Position numbers and translations under genes: made by a program. From the IMG/VR virus record IMGVR_UViG_3300022748_000017, positions 11,988 through 75,987 of that record: a stretch of DNA of 64,000 nucleotides. One strand, given 5' to 3'. Below the pieces are notes generated by a model. That model was not told the origin of the DNA, did not search any database, and was given only the letters and a program-made list of their open reading frames with translations. Positions within the stretch are counted from its first letter, which is position 1. Each line of letters begins with the position of its first letter. This document shows, piece after piece, positions 34,747 through 45,238 of this stretch. This stretch comes from a virus.

Positions 34747-37700
34747 TTATACCTTGTTTTCCAATGCAGCAATTCTTTCTTCAAGCTGCTGAATTGACTT
34801 CACCAAGGCCGCAATGATACCGTCATTGCTGAAAGATTTGTACCCTTCCAGCGGACCTTGCTCAATGGTTGTGACCATCGTGGTATCTGTCCCAACGATT
34901 TCCTCGACCTCGTTTGCCAAGAAACCATAGGCTTGTTTGTCACCATAGTGAGCAAACAATTCATGATTCCATTTGAATTGGACTGGACGAAGTTTCTTGA
35001 CGAAATCCAGACCATAAGACAAATCAACAATGTCTTTCTTGAGTCTTGAATCGGAAGTTACGTTGATGTTGATGGCAGCAGTGTTTGTGCCCATCGTCCA
35101 TGTAACCGTTCCAGCCGCGCCACCTGTCAATGTTCCACTGAACGTCACATCGGTGACACCACTGGTATTCCCAGAAGTTCCAATCAATCGTGCAGTAATG
35201 TTTGAACCGGAAAGGTTAACTGCCGACAATGGAATGCTTGCCGTGTTGAAAGAGCCGCCAAGAGTCAAACTTCCGCTGGTTGTGACTGTTCCACTCAGTG
35301 TCAAACCATAGACGTTTCCCGTACCGCTGACGCTGGTAACAGTTCCCCCACCACTTCCAGATGGAGTGGCCCATGTACCATCATTTCGCAAAAAAGTCGT
35401 TGTTGATCCAGTTGGGGAAGCAACGGTATAGCCACCCCAACTGAAAGTACCAGAATCAATCCTTAAAGCAAAACCGCCGCCAGTGTTATTACATTCAAGA
35501 GCCGAGCCTGTTGAACTTGTTGTGCTGAAATAACCACCAATTGAATCACCTTCTCCAACAATACCAATGCCGGGACAAGCGACTCCATTTCGACCAACGC
35601 CAAGTACACCCACGTTGTATGAACTTGTAAGCGATGCAGAATAACCTACAACCCCACCACGAACTTTTCCAGAAGCAGCGGAAATGCCATTAGAAAGAGA
35701 AGAATAATCAATGCTATATGAAGTGGAGCCAATCAAAACAGAGAATGATGCTGGATTGCGACCTTCAAAATAAGCATCGCCATCAGTGTTGATGTCGCCC
35801 ATAAATAATGCATTGCCAGCAGTGTCAATGGTGAATTTTGCAACTCCAGATTGAGCGCCAACAATGCCATTAGAAGTAATGGCAACACCAGAACCTCCGG
35901 TCAAAACACCAGAAGAATTCCATGTAATTGTTCCAGCCCTCATTCCACCAGAAGTTGTTGGGACAATCGTGCCAGTCAAAATACTTGTGGTTGTCTTACT
36001 TACCTTGTCAGCAACATCAATTGATAATCCATCAATCTCGCTTTGCAAATAGGCTACGTTTCCAGATTCACTATTTACTGGAGCCCATACAAACGCTGCG
36101 CTGCTTGAAGACCTTGTAGATTGACCGAGTTCGTTGCCGACCACATACGCAAAATAATATGTGCCGCCAGCCAATGTCAAGTTGGCAAAATCATATGTCG
36201 AGCCGTTGACAGCCGCAGTGCCTGCTGGCGCATTGGCAGTAGCCAAAACTTTCCAATCAAAATCAAGAGGTGAGGATGATGTGGTGTAGTACAACGTGCC
36301 ATAAGTCACACGGCCTGTTGTCGGCACAGTTACACGAACTGTGAATGTGGGGGGCGTGACGTTATAGTTGTTTGCAACAACTGTTGGAGCAGTCAATGCG
36401 CTGAAATAGATAGCACTTGGAATGTTGCTGTTGGCTACAGGTGCATATTGTGTGATGTCAAAATCATCATAGACAGCGGCACTGTATTCAGTCATTTCCA
36501 GTCGAGCGCCAAGCGTACCATCAGGCAAAGATGCCTCATTTACTTTGACTACACGGAACAGCTTATTTGTCCAACCATAATCAGCGTTGGTCACGCTAAC
36601 TACAGCGCCAGCGTCAACCTGAATGCCGTAATAGGTTGTGCTGAAATTGACAATCAAATCCTCGCGTGCTTGCTCAAGAATTCGATTGGCAAGATACTGG
36701 GCACGAACACTGTCATTCACCAAGTCATAACTGACGCTATATTTATTGACGGGTTCATTTGGATACAACAACGAAGAAGGAGTTGCCAAATTCACATAGT
36801 CGGGCTGATCCCTATTTTCGCTATTAGGGAACTTTGCTTCAACTTGGTTGATAGATTGCGTAATGTCTGTGGCGCTGACACGAATTTCACCAATGATGTT
36901 GTCATCATCAAAAGAATAAACAGGCGTTTCAGACTTGTTAATAACAGCAGACCATTGACCAGCCGAAGCGTTGTAGGTCATCCAGCTATCGCAACAAGTC
37001 ATGATTTTGTCTAGATTGCTCAAGACAGATTGACCAGCGTCCAAAACACCATTGATGCGATAACGAGCCTCAGTAGCAGAGCCACCACCGGCAGGTGTAT
37101 AAGTTATCAATCCATCGGAATAAGTATTCAATGCTGTGGCAGATGCCGAATCTACAAATGCCGAATCAACAGCGCCACCGTAATATGGGTTTGTGATGTA
37201 GTCATACCAAACATCACCAGGCTTTGCCACGCCAGTGCTATTCAATGTATGAGAAACATGGAAAGTTACTGGCGAAAGATTTGTTGTGCCAGCGTCAGTA
37301 CTGTAGTTCAAAACAACAATAGCGAAAGCCAATCCATTCATTTGGCGACCAGAAGAAGGCCACTCCAAACCAGATGGCACACCATTAGCCGTAGACATAA
37401 TGCCATCAGGCAACGTTCCACTGCTATTGATAGTCGTAATCATGCCAGATGCGCTGGATGTAAAAAGATAAATGAAAAGATTGCCAGCAATCTTTGTGTC
37501 TTCATTGCCAGCTTCATCTGTGAGTTTGCTAACCTTGCCAGGCTCGGATGGATCAAATGTAATCAGGCGATCACCGTAATACATATCCGTCTGGTCATAG
37601 CTGAATTGACCATTTGGGCTAATGCAAGAAACCGTAAGCACATAATACATACGCTTTTGGTTTGTGGTAAGAACAGCGTCAACAAATGTTCCACCAAGAT

Positions 37701-37905
37701 AGGCATCGCCATACACAATAGGAATTGCGTTTGTGTTTGCTGGCGGCACTTGTTGGCGAACGCCGTTATCTTGTTGGCCTTGCTGGTCTTGACCAAACAC
37801 ACGGGTCACAATTTGCGAAAGCGCAAAGTTAACAGCAAACACTGTTGCGGCATATGCGGCTGTGCCAATCTCAAAAAGTGCTGCCGCAATCATGGTGCTG
37901 ACCAT
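34747..37905 (-). CDS. Tail tip/central fibre protein (gpJ-like) with a C-terminal intramolecular chaperone (peptidase S74)
   Basis: IPIVYG, RINGVLD; TSDSRLKKDI...LRPVQFKW and a coiled-coil end. Confidence 0.85.
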   Translation of the reverse strand: MVSTMIAAALFEIGTAAYAATVFAVNFALSQIVTRVFGQDQQGQQDNGVRQQVPPANTNAIPIVYGDAYLGGTFVDAVLTTNQKRMYYVLTVSCISPNGQFSYDQTDMYYGDRLITFDPSEPGKVSKLTDEAGNEDTKIAGNLFIYLFTSSASGMITTINSSGTLPDGIMSTANGVPSGLEWPSSGRQMNGLAFAIVVLNYSTDAGTTNLSPVTFHVSHTLNSTGVAKPGDVWYDYITNPYYGGAVDSAFVDSASATALNTYSDGLITYTPAGGGSATEARYRINGVLDAGQSVLSNLDKIMTCCDSWMTYNASAGQWSAVINKSETPVYSFDDDNIIGEIRVSATDITQSINQVEAKFPNSENRDQPDYVNLATPSSLLYPNEPVNKYSVSYDLVNDSVRAQYLANRILEQAREDLIVNFSTTYYGIQVDAGAVVSVTNADYGWTNKLFRVVKVNEASLPDGTLGARLEMTEYSAAVYDDFDITQYAPVANSNIPSAIYFSALTAPTVVANNYNVTPPTFTVRVTVPTTGRVTYGTLYYTTSSSPLDFDWKVLATANAPAGTAAVNGSTYDFANLTLAGGTYYFAYVVGNELGQSTRSSSSAAFVWAPVNSESGNVAYLQSEIDGLSIDVADKVSKTTTSILTGTIVPTTSGGMRAGTITWNSSGVLTGGSGVAITSNGIVGAQSGVAKFTIDTAGNALFMGDINTDGDAYFEGRNPASFSVLIGSTSYSIDYSSLSNGISAASGKVRGGVVGYSASLTSSYNVGVLGVGRNGVACPGIGIVGEGDSIGGYFSTTSSTGSALECNNTGGGFALRIDSGTFSWGGYTVASPTGSTTTFLRNDGTWATPSGSGGGTVTSVSGTGNVYGLTLSGTVTTSGSLTLGGSFNTASIPLSAVNLSGSNITARLIGTSGNTSGVTDVTFSGTLTGGAAGTVTWTMGTNTAAININVTSDSRLKKDIVDLSYGLDFVKKLRPVQFKWNHELFAHYGDKQAYGFLANEVEEIVGTDTTMVTTIEQGPLEGYKSFSNDGIIAALVKSIQQLEERIAALENKV

Positions 37906-37907
37906 TT

Positions 37908-38354
37908 TTATTCCTTCACAAAACTTGCGCCAAATGGCTTGTAGCCACGTTTGCTGTAATCAATCAATGGGCCATGTGCTGAAATGCTTGTAATAACAAC
38001 ATCAATATCACCAACTTCAAGCATCTTTGAAGCCCGTTCATCAAATGCCTTCCAAAGCCTTCCACCAACAGTTCCATTCCTATGTTCAGGCTCAACCCAC
38101 CAAAGTAACTCATGCAATTCCTTGACCTTTGGCGACCATATGTTGCTTTGCTTAAGCGCAATGATGGCCCCACGCATATTGTTATCTATGTAGATAAATC
38201 CGCGACCAGCAATGATGCTGAAAAGCAATTCTTCTACATATTTTGGAAAATGATTGTGTGGCTGTGCAAGCGTTTGAATTGGGTTCTCAAAAGCATACGC
38301 TTCAACAATTTCCAACAATCTTGGAATGTCATATCTTGTCGCAAGTCTTATCAT
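37908..38354 (-). CDS. GNAT-fold acetyltransferase-like protein in the tail module
   Basis: IRLAT..DIP, WWVEPEHRNGTVGGRL (motif A-like), Y.KRGY. Confidence 0.7.
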   Translation of the reverse strand: MIRLATRYDIPRLLEIVEAYAFENPIQTLAQPHNHFPKYVEELLFSIIAGRGFIYIDNNMRGAIIALKQSNIWSPKVKELHELLWWVEPEHRNGTVGGRLWKAFDERASKMLEVGDIDVVITSISAHGPLIDYSKRGYKPFGASFVKE

Positions 38355-39017
38355 TTAATATCCAAATTGGCCCGGAGTAGGATCGGTTGAACTTGTTGTC
38401 GTAGATGTTGTATCTGTTGCTTGTGTGTCCGTTTGAGGCGGCTTGCCAAAGTCAAAGTAGGTATTGGCAATTGTAGAAACTCGATCCATGCTTGTATCGC
38501 CAGGATAGAAAAACTGCCAGCTACTTTGGTTTGTTTTTATGCCAGAAAGACGGTTTTCCAAAACTCGGCGCATTGACGAGCATGAAATTGAACAAGTCAC
38601 AATCCTTGTCCGAGCCTGAGTGTTGAAGTCTTCAGTGATTGAAACGCTGTTAACAATTCCTTGATAGCGTTTAAAAAACTGAGTTGTTGGGCTTGTGATG
38701 ATCTGATTGTTGTCATCAAAAAAGCCGCGCCAAATCTCAACAAAAGAACCCTTGATGTCGTTGCTCAAAATGATTGCAACACTATCTGGGTTCAAACCAG
38801 TCAGCGAAATAGTCATGTCATCGCTGGTGGCCCTCATGTCGCGCTGAACATCGCCAACAGACAAAAGCAATCCAAGGTTAGTGAATGAAACTCCATCAAC
38901 CGTGATTGGTGCTGCGGCATTGCAAAACGTATATACAGTAGCGGCTTTGCCAACCGTAAGACGCACAAATTCCGCTTGTCTAATTTGTGGCCCATTAAGG
39001 GCTGTCATTGCTGTCAT
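38355..39017 (-). CDS. Minor tail/baseplate hub protein
   Basis: Second gene after the TMP; ISLTGL...VEIWRGFFD. Confidence 0.65.
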   Translation of the reverse strand: MTAMTALNGPQIRQAEFVRLTVGKAATVYTFCNAAAPITVDGVSFTNLGLLLSVGDVQRDMRATSDDMTISLTGLNPDSVAIILSNDIKGSFVEIWRGFFDDNNQIITSPTTQFFKRYQGIVNSVSITEDFNTQARTRIVTCSISCSSMRRVLENRLSGIKTNQSSWQFFYPGDTSMDRVSTIANTYFDFGKPPQTDTQATDTTSTTTSSTDPTPGQFGY

Positions 39018-39610
39018 GTGATGTACTCCCGGAAAACAAATGCATCATCCCAATTCACAAATGCGCCATCTGCCATTGGTGTCAATGTGTATGTTGGACA
39101 CTTTTCAGCAACGACTGTAAATGTGCATTGCGTGCCCATGTAAACAGTTGTGCCTGAACTTGGTGTTCCAATTAGAGGGCGATGGATGGTGACAACAGAA
39201 CCAGATGAATCAGCGGTGATTTTATAGGTATAGCCGCCAATCATAATGAAGTCACCAGCCTTGAATGTGCCGTTTGAAGTCAGATTCAAAGTCTGTGTGT
39301 TGGCTGCTGGAGTGCCATTCAAAGTTGCAGCCGTAGCTGTACCTTGCATTTGCAAGAACCATGAAAGGTTATCGCTTGTAAAAGTAATTGTTTCAGGCAA
39401 TTGACGGTCTTTGTTGTCAATTGTCTGGATGATTGCTCTTGCTTGTGGATAGTACAGATAGTTGTGCGGAACAACCGTGAACACCCAAGGTACAGCAGTC
39501 AAGTATTGCGCCACAGTGATGTATCCAGACCGTGTAACTTGCTGCCCGACCATGCGGCGGTTATTAACAGTCATTGACTGTTGAATTTCAAACACAGCTT
39601 GGAAACTCAT
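39014..39610 (-). CDS. Distal tail protein (putative)
   Basis: First gene after the TMP. Confidence 0.6.
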   Translation of the reverse strand: MSFQAVFEIQQSMTVNNRRMVGQQVTRSGYITVAQYLTAVPWVFTVVPHNYLYYPQARAIIQTIDNKDRQLPETITFTSDNLSWFLQMQGTATAATLNGTPAANTQTLNLTSNGTFKAGDFIMIGGYTYKITADSSGSVVTIHRPLIGTPSSGTTVYMGTQCTFTVVAEKCPTYTLTPMADGAFVNWDDAFVFREYIT

Positions 39611-41592
39611 GCCCTTCTCCCATTGGATGCCAGTGATTTACCAGCATAAGCATTTGCAGCCCAAATTGTGTTGGAACTTTCCAGCAAACGCTGTTCAAAT
39701 GATTTCACATCAATTGCATTGATATTGTTATTGACGATGGTTGTAGAACCGCCCATCATGTCGCTCATTTTGTTGTTTGGAATGATCGTTCCAGAACCAG
39801 AAGGAACAAACAATTCTGGGCCACGTTCACCGACCAAATATGGTGTGTTGTTTGTGACAGCACCGCCAACCGCCCTTTGTGACTCCAAAGAGCCTAATGT
39901 GTTGTAGTCGCCCACCGATCCAGTTGCATACGGGAAAATAGACTTAAACATTGAAGAAAACAGATTTGTCATCTGGGCACGCATTTGGATTCGGATCAAA
40001 TCCTGAATGATGCTTCTAGCCAAATCTTTGAATGACAATTTGCCGTTGGTAACAAAACGGTCAAGTGCGCCTTCCATGCTGGACATAACAGATGTGAACA
40101 TTTCGCCACCAATCTCAACTTGCGTTTTCATGGTATTCATGTATTCAACCATCTTGTTTTCAACGCCAACGAGAATGTCGCCATCTTTAAATTCTTTGGT
40201 CAAGCGATTGCGCTCTTTAGCAAGTTCAATGGCCTTTTCTGTAAGTTCGTTTTCTTTCTGGATACGGTCAGCTTTGTCACCTTTTGTCAGGTTGATTTCT
40301 TGTTCCAGTTTGTAAATGTTCTCCGCGCCCTTAGCCCGAATTTCAATAATCTCGCGCTCAAGCGTCAAATCTTCTTTTTTGAAGAACCGTGAGTTCATTT
40401 CAAGTTTGAAAATCTCTTGCTCTTTATCAAGAGTCGTTTCAACAGCGTGTTGACGTTCTTCATATGCTTTATTGGTCTTCTGCATAGAAGCCAATTCACG
40501 CATCTTTTCGTCAAATGCTCGTTGATTTTCACGCCTTGCTCGTTCAGCATCTTTATCAATGCCAGGCGTAACAGGGCGACCAGCCGCAACTTCTTTGGCT
40601 TTATCAAGTCGGCGAGGATCATCAAATTTGCTTGTGCCGCCACCAAAGCCACCACCACCGCCCATAATGCGGCGCTGGAATTCGTCTAGCTTTTCTCGCT
40701 CACGGTCACGATAACTGTCGTATGCAGCATTTAACTTTTTGGCGGCTTCAATGCCTTGAGTTGTAAGAACTTTGGCATTTTCAATCGTATGCCCAATTTC
40801 GTCTGATACACCCTTAATCAAAAATGCAACGTCAGAAATAACAACCGCAAGTGTTTGATAAGTAACTTTCAATGACTCAGCAAAAACATTGCCTTGGCTG
40901 TTCATTGACTCAAAATACTCGGTTGTAGCCTTCAATGGTGGGCCAAGTTCAGTGGCAATCACAAGGGCTGTATCCCTTGCGTGCTTCTGCAACTTGTCGT
41001 ACATATCGGCGGCATCTTTTACCGCTTCGGCCTGACGCTCTGTGATTGCGTTGGTTTCTTTTAGGGTGTCATTGAATCCAACGAAATCCACGCCTTTAGC
41101 CGCTTTGCCAAAGACCTCAAGCGCCCTTGCATTACGCAGCACAGGATCTTCAATACCAGAAAGACCATCGGCAACTTTAGAAAACAGTTGGTCAATGGAC
41201 ATTCTGGAAATGTCCTGAAGACTGATCCCAAGCGTTTTAAAGGAGCGTTGCGCCTCAAAAGAACCGTCAGCAGCCTTGGTAACAAAGCTGTTAAAGCTAG
41301 ACATCAAGCGGCTGGCGTTTTCAGCCTCACCGCCATTCTGAGCCAGCGCTTCACGCAACTTCAGAATTGAATCAATCGTTACATCATTGGCTTTTGCAAC
41401 GTCTGCAATATCGTCAGCATATTTGAGCGCAGCAATAGAAGCCGCCACCAAACTGGTAGCAGCTACTTTGCCGTATTGTTCAGCCGCCTGCCCAAATTGC
41501 TCTAGCTTTTTGGTCGCTTCCTCAATGCCGCGCTTAAATTCGGCACTGTCAATTCCCAGCAAAACGCCCAAACGGGCAATCATGTTAGCCAT
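39607..41592 (-). CDS. Tape measure protein, copy B
   Basis: Helical, Ala/Glu-rich, GKLSFKDLARSII, YLVGERGPELFVP. Confidence 0.9.
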   Translation of the reverse strand: MANMIARLGVLLGIDSAEFKRGIEEATKKLEQFGQAAEQYGKVAATSLVAASIAALKYADDIADVAKANDVTIDSILKLREALAQNGGEAENASRLMSSFNSFVTKAADGSFEAQRSFKTLGISLQDISRMSIDQLFSKVADGLSGIEDPVLRNARALEVFGKAAKGVDFVGFNDTLKETNAITERQAEAVKDAADMYDKLQKHARDTALVIATELGPPLKATTEYFESMNSQGNVFAESLKVTYQTLAVVISDVAFLIKGVSDEIGHTIENAKVLTTQGIEAAKKLNAAYDSYRDREREKLDEFQRRIMGGGGGFGGGTSKFDDPRRLDKAKEVAAGRPVTPGIDKDAERARRENQRAFDEKMRELASMQKTNKAYEERQHAVETTLDKEQEIFKLEMNSRFFKKEDLTLEREIIEIRAKGAENIYKLEQEINLTKGDKADRIQKENELTEKAIELAKERNRLTKEFKDGDILVGVENKMVEYMNTMKTQVEIGGEMFTSVMSSMEGALDRFVTNGKLSFKDLARSIIQDLIRIQMRAQMTNLFSSMFKSIFPYATGSVGDYNTLGSLESQRAVGGAVTNNTPYLVGERGPELFVPSGSGTIIPNNKMSDMMGGSTTIVNNNINAIDVKSFEQRLLESSNTIWAANAYAGKSLASNGRRA

Positions 41593-41955
41593 CTTGTTTC
41601 ACCTTGAACTTGTCTTTTTTGAATCCCGGCGCTTGGCTCATGAATCCAAGTAAGTTATTGCTAACCTGCTGCTTCTGAATTTCCGGGGGCAATGGTGGAT
41701 AGATGTAATCGTAAGCGGAACCAATAATGTTGGCTAGTGTATATGGTGTTGATTTTGCTGGGTCGCGGATGTAATTGAACACGCCAGCAACAAGCGTGCC
41801 AAGCAACTCAATGACTTTTTGATTTCCGAGGATTCCGTCACCGTACATTGCCTGAATCTGCAACATGGTGACTTCATCCAAAGCCGCAATTGATTCTGTT
41901 GTATGCCCATTAAAGACCATTGCGGCCTCGACTTGCGTCTTTAACGAGCCAATCA
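41585..41955 (-). CDS. Tail assembly chaperone, -1 frameshift extension (gpT-like), copy B
   Basis: The -1 frame is open from the slippery site (LIGSLKTQVEAAMVFNG...). Confidence 0.7.
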
Positions 41956-42444
41956 GTTTCCCCGAACTTCCTTGTATGTGGGGCTGATTACTTCACCAAT
42001 CTTTTCGCACAAAGCCAATTGGACATTTAAAGGCCATTCAGTCTCAATGTCGGCATAAGTAATGTCTGCAAGGCTATTGTCTGGATTCTCAGGAACCAGC
42101 AAGCGGATGTATTCAACAATCCTTTGCTCGGTCATGGCTTTGTTTTTTGCGGCTTCCCGCATTGACTTGCCTTGGACAAGCACATCATCCTCAAGAAAAA
42201 CAAAGCCAGCCTCAACTGCGTCTTCGTCTTCTTTGTATTTCAACAGCGGCTCAGTCAACTCAGCATACGCTTCGTCAATTGATTTCTGATCTGGGTCTGT
42301 GATCCGCTTGTACAGTGCATCGGTTTCTGCAACCAATGGGATGCGGACTTTAAAAGTAAAGCCGCCAAGTTCAAATTTGCGGGTAAGAATTTCTCGGCGC
42401 ATCTGTTCATAGTTTGCGCCAAGTGCTGCACCAAGTCTTGTCAT
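41953..42444 (-). CDS. Tail assembly chaperone (gpG-like), copy B
   Basis: Homologue of 1962-2417. Confidence 0.75.
   Translation of the reverse strand: MTRLGAALGANYEQMRREILTRKFELGGFTFKVRIPLVAETDALYKRITDPDQKSIDEAYAELTEPLLKYKEDEDAVEAGFVFLEDDVLVQGKSMREAAKNKAMTEQRIVEYIRLLVPENPDNSLADITYADIETEWPLNVQLALCEKIGEVISPTYKEVRGN
41956..41962 (-). other. -1 frameshift slippery site G GGA AAC
   Basis: XXXYYYZ heptamer immediately before the TGA stop. Confidence 0.75.
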
Positions 42445-42995
42445 GTTTTAGCCTTGAATCGTTGAATGTATTTTTTAATTTCTTCTGCAAGCCTGTTTAC
42501 CGTTGATTGAGATTGACTTTCAAGGGCTGGCCTGAGATACGGTTGTGCAGGGTTTCTGGCTGACCCAAACTCTTGGGCAATCGCCCTAGCATCACTAGAA
42601 AAGCCTTTAAAAGCTGCCGCTTCCGTTTCAGAAGCGCCCATCTTTATAAGTTTTTTCCGTGTGCGTTGCAATCCTTTGCCTTCGCTCATAGCCTTCATTT
42701 TTTTGCCAGATGCGGTGGTAACGACTGCAATTACGGTGTCAGTTTCCGTAATGTACTTTGAGCGTTTATCTTTAGCTGTTGGCCTTCTGGCTTCGACCTG
42801 CAATAAAGCCCTAAGAGCACCCGTTTCAATTGGTGCTTTTTGCTGGGCCAATTCCAAGACTGGCTTGATAGCCGCCCTAGCAGCAGGGATTAGAACCTTG
42901 CTTCTGGCTTTTTTGTCGCCAATCTCATCAGCAAGTTCATCAAAGGCTTTCATTGCGTCACCGATGCCTTCTAGCTTGATGGTAACGCCACTCAT
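42441..42995 (-). CDS. HK97 gp10-like tail component, copy B
   Basis: APIETGAL, AQEFGS...AQPYLRPAL. Confidence 0.8.
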   Translation of the reverse strand: MSGVTIKLEGIGDAMKAFDELADEIGDKKARSKVLIPAARAAIKPVLELAQQKAPIETGALRALLQVEARRPTAKDKRSKYITETDTVIAVVTTASGKKMKAMSEGKGLQRTRKKLIKMGASETEAAAFKGFSSDARAIAQEFGSARNPAQPYLRPALESQSQSTVNRLAEEIKKYIQRFKAKT

Positions 42996-43223
42996 TTATG
43001 CCCCCGGCCTAATGATCTTTAGATATAGCTGGTTGTTCAGTTCGCTGACGTAATTGACCACTTCAGCAGGGGTCATTTTGTCAGCGTGTTTTGACGCAAT
43101 TTCATGCGCCAAGCTAATCGCTGTGAGTTTCTGTTGCCGAAACCCAAACCAGTCCTTTTGGGAACCAGCTTGGGAAATCAGGAAACTCAACAGGTCATTA
43201 TTGTCTTTTATTGTTGTGTTCAT
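42996..43223 (-). CDS. Small conserved tail-region protein, copy B
   Basis: Homologue of 2419-2649. Confidence 0.7.
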   Translation of the reverse strand: MNTTIKDNNDLLSFLISQAGSQKDWFGFRQQKLTAISLAHEIASKHADKMTPAEVVNYVSELNNQLYLKIIRPGA

Positions 43224-43229
43224 AGTGTA

Positions 43230-43754
43230 TTAAGCGTTGTTTGACCAGCCGTATTCATTGCCACCAACGGGGTGGATGGTGAATGTGAATTTGCCTTCGG
43301 CATTGGTGTTCAAGTCCCAAGACATACCACCAACGCGAGCGTTGAAAGCATAAGCCACAGTGTCAGTACCGTCATAAGCGGCAACGACATAAGTGCGGAT
43401 GATCGTGCCGTTGTAACCATCAGCGCGAATCAGCAACTGTGCTGTATCGGAGGGGTTCCAAGGGCAAGTGATCGTCATGGAAGTCACTTGATTTTGGGTG
43501 GTAATCTTTGCACCAGTGCGCTGACCAGCAATCGAGTAAGCGGCAAAAGCGTCATCAGAACCAAATGGAGGGATAACTTCCACAGGAACTTCAATGCCAT
43601 CCGTACCAGTACCGCCAGCAGATGTGCCAACAATGTCAGCAACCTGAGCAGTCCATGTGGAAAGCTGAGTGGTTGTCAAAGGGGTAGGCGTTGCGCCAGT
43701 TTGACACCAGAATGTCCCGACAAAACCGGGAAGAACTTTATCGATAAGAGCCAT
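43230..43754 (-). CDS. Major tail (tube) protein, copy B
   Basis: Homologue of 3266-3790. Confidence 0.75.
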   Translation of the reverse strand: MALIDKVLPGFVGTFWCQTGATPTPLTTTQLSTWTAQVADIVGTSAGGTGTDGIEVPVEVIPPFGSDDAFAAYSIAGQRTGAKITTQNQVTSMTITCPWNPSDTAQLLIRADGYNGTIIRTYVVAAYDGTDTVAYAFNARVGGMSWDLNTNAEGKFTFTIHPVGGNEYGWSNNA

Positions 43755-43796
43755 TTTGAATTTCCTTCAAAAACAGGTTGATGAATTATTATCTTA

Positions 43797-44213
43797 TCAA
43801 GTCTGTATGTACAACGTACAATCCAGAAAAATTTGAGCAAGTTTGTCCGTGTTGTCGTAGCTGTTGTACAGCCACATAATGTCGGTTTTGGCTACTTGCA
43901 AAGCATAGTCGCCCGTTCCATAGACACCACTGAATCCATGCATGGATTGTAATATCTGATTGGAAATTGTGAAACCGTCTTCAACAGTCTGACTGAAAAT
44001 GCTTACCTGGAAAACAGGAGTATCAATACCCTTGTTATTCTGGGTCTGACCAGTAAAAACTGGCTGATGTACGTTACGCAGATTCCATGTCACAAACTTT
44101 GGCTGAGTAGCAAAGTTGCGGTTAAAAGCCGCATAAACAGGCACAGGCGAAACCACAGAAGCAAGTTTGTCCTGAAACGCTTTGCCATATTGAATGACGT
44201 TATTCTGTGCCAT
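43797..44213 (-). CDS. Tail terminator protein, copy B
   Basis: Homologue of 3829-4248. Confidence 0.65.
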   Translation of the reverse strand: MAQNNVIQYGKAFQDKLASVVSPVPVYAAFNRNFATQPKFVTWNLRNVHQPVFTGQTQNNKGIDTPVFQVSIFSQTVEDGFTISNQILQSMHGFSGVYGTGDYALQVAKTDIMWLYNSYDNTDKLAQIFLDCTLYIQT

Positions 44214-44558
44214 TTATACCGCCGTTTCTGGGTCTGTTCTGTAGCAAAGAAACGTAACCTTCATCCTGTCGTTGCTTTCCCGAACATCCGTAATTCGCCA
44301 CTGAGCGTTACGCCAAGTGATTGAATACAAGTGCTGGCTGTCCACAATCGTGCGGGTATTGGGTGTGTAGTTCAAGGTGAAATTCACCAAATCCTGATAC
44401 ACCCGATACTTTTCCGAAATGCGGACACTGTTAGCAACGTCATGCGTCAGGGCGCGAGTCTTGAACCATTCGGTAATTGCCGTTGTTTGTTCGCCAAAAG
44501 TAGTCTTGGCAAAAGACAGGTTATTCACCGTAATTGATTCGTAACGAGCAATTCCCAT
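44214..44558 (-). CDS. Head closure protein, copy B
   Basis: Homologue of 4249-4593. Confidence 0.75.
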   Translation of the reverse strand: MGIARYESITVNNLSFAKTTFGEQTTAITEWFKTRALTHDVANSVRISEKYRVYQDLVNFTLNYTPNTRTIVDSQHLYSITWRNAQWRITDVRESNDRMKVTFLCYRTDPETAV

Positions 44559-45227
44559 TTACATCACCAATGGTTTGTATGGACGCAACAGCATATCAAA
44601 CCCGAAAGGAATGTTCTTCAGGTTCGCTTCTGTGGAATTGCTGCGGTTGTTGTACAGATGAGTGAACAATAGCAAAGCGGCTTGCTTGATTTGCGGATAA
44701 GTCTGTAGCGGATTAGCAACAGTTGTGTACTCCACAAACACAGGCGCAGTCATGGATGTATTGATATTGGTGGGCAGGTTTTGCACCAACAACTTATTTC
44801 CAGACGGGTCATATTGGTAAGCTGAACTTGCCAACAATGTTTGCTCGGCAGGAAAATTGTCGTTGTAGTACCCAACAGCATCAATTGTCACGCCTGGCAG
44901 ATTTGGGTATTGGTTTTGGCTGACTTCAGGCAAGTCAAGAGCAACAGGACTTGCCACAAGACTTTCCGAACCGTACCAAACTCGGTACGAAATCGGGAAA
45001 ATTGACATACCCAGATAGTCTTCAACCGCCCCACGGACAGCTAATTCCAAAGCCTTCAGATAATCGTCTTGAGATTCATCGCCCCAGTTGTTAATCTGGT
45101 TTGTGATTTCGTCAAGCGTAAGCCAGTTCGTTACTACGTCACGATCAATTTGCTCGACCTTGACGTAGTTGAACGGATTACGGGTAGTACCCGCAAACGG
45201 GTATCCTGTAGTAATTTCAGAAGGCAT
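44559..45227 (-). CDS. Head-tail connector (gp6-like), copy B
   Basis: Homologue of 4593-5264. Confidence 0.85.
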   Translation of the reverse strand: MPSEITTGYPFAGTTRNPFNYVKVEQIDRDVVTNWLTLDEITNQINNWGDESQDDYLKALELAVRGAVEDYLGMSIFPISYRVWYGSESLVASPVALDLPEVSQNQYPNLPGVTIDAVGYYNDNFPAEQTLLASSAYQYDPSGNKLLVQNLPTNINTSMTAPVFVEYTTVANPLQTYPQIKQAALLLFTHLYNNRSNSTEANLKNIPFGFDMLLRPYKPLVM

Positions 45228-45238
45228 TTCGGCTCCTA

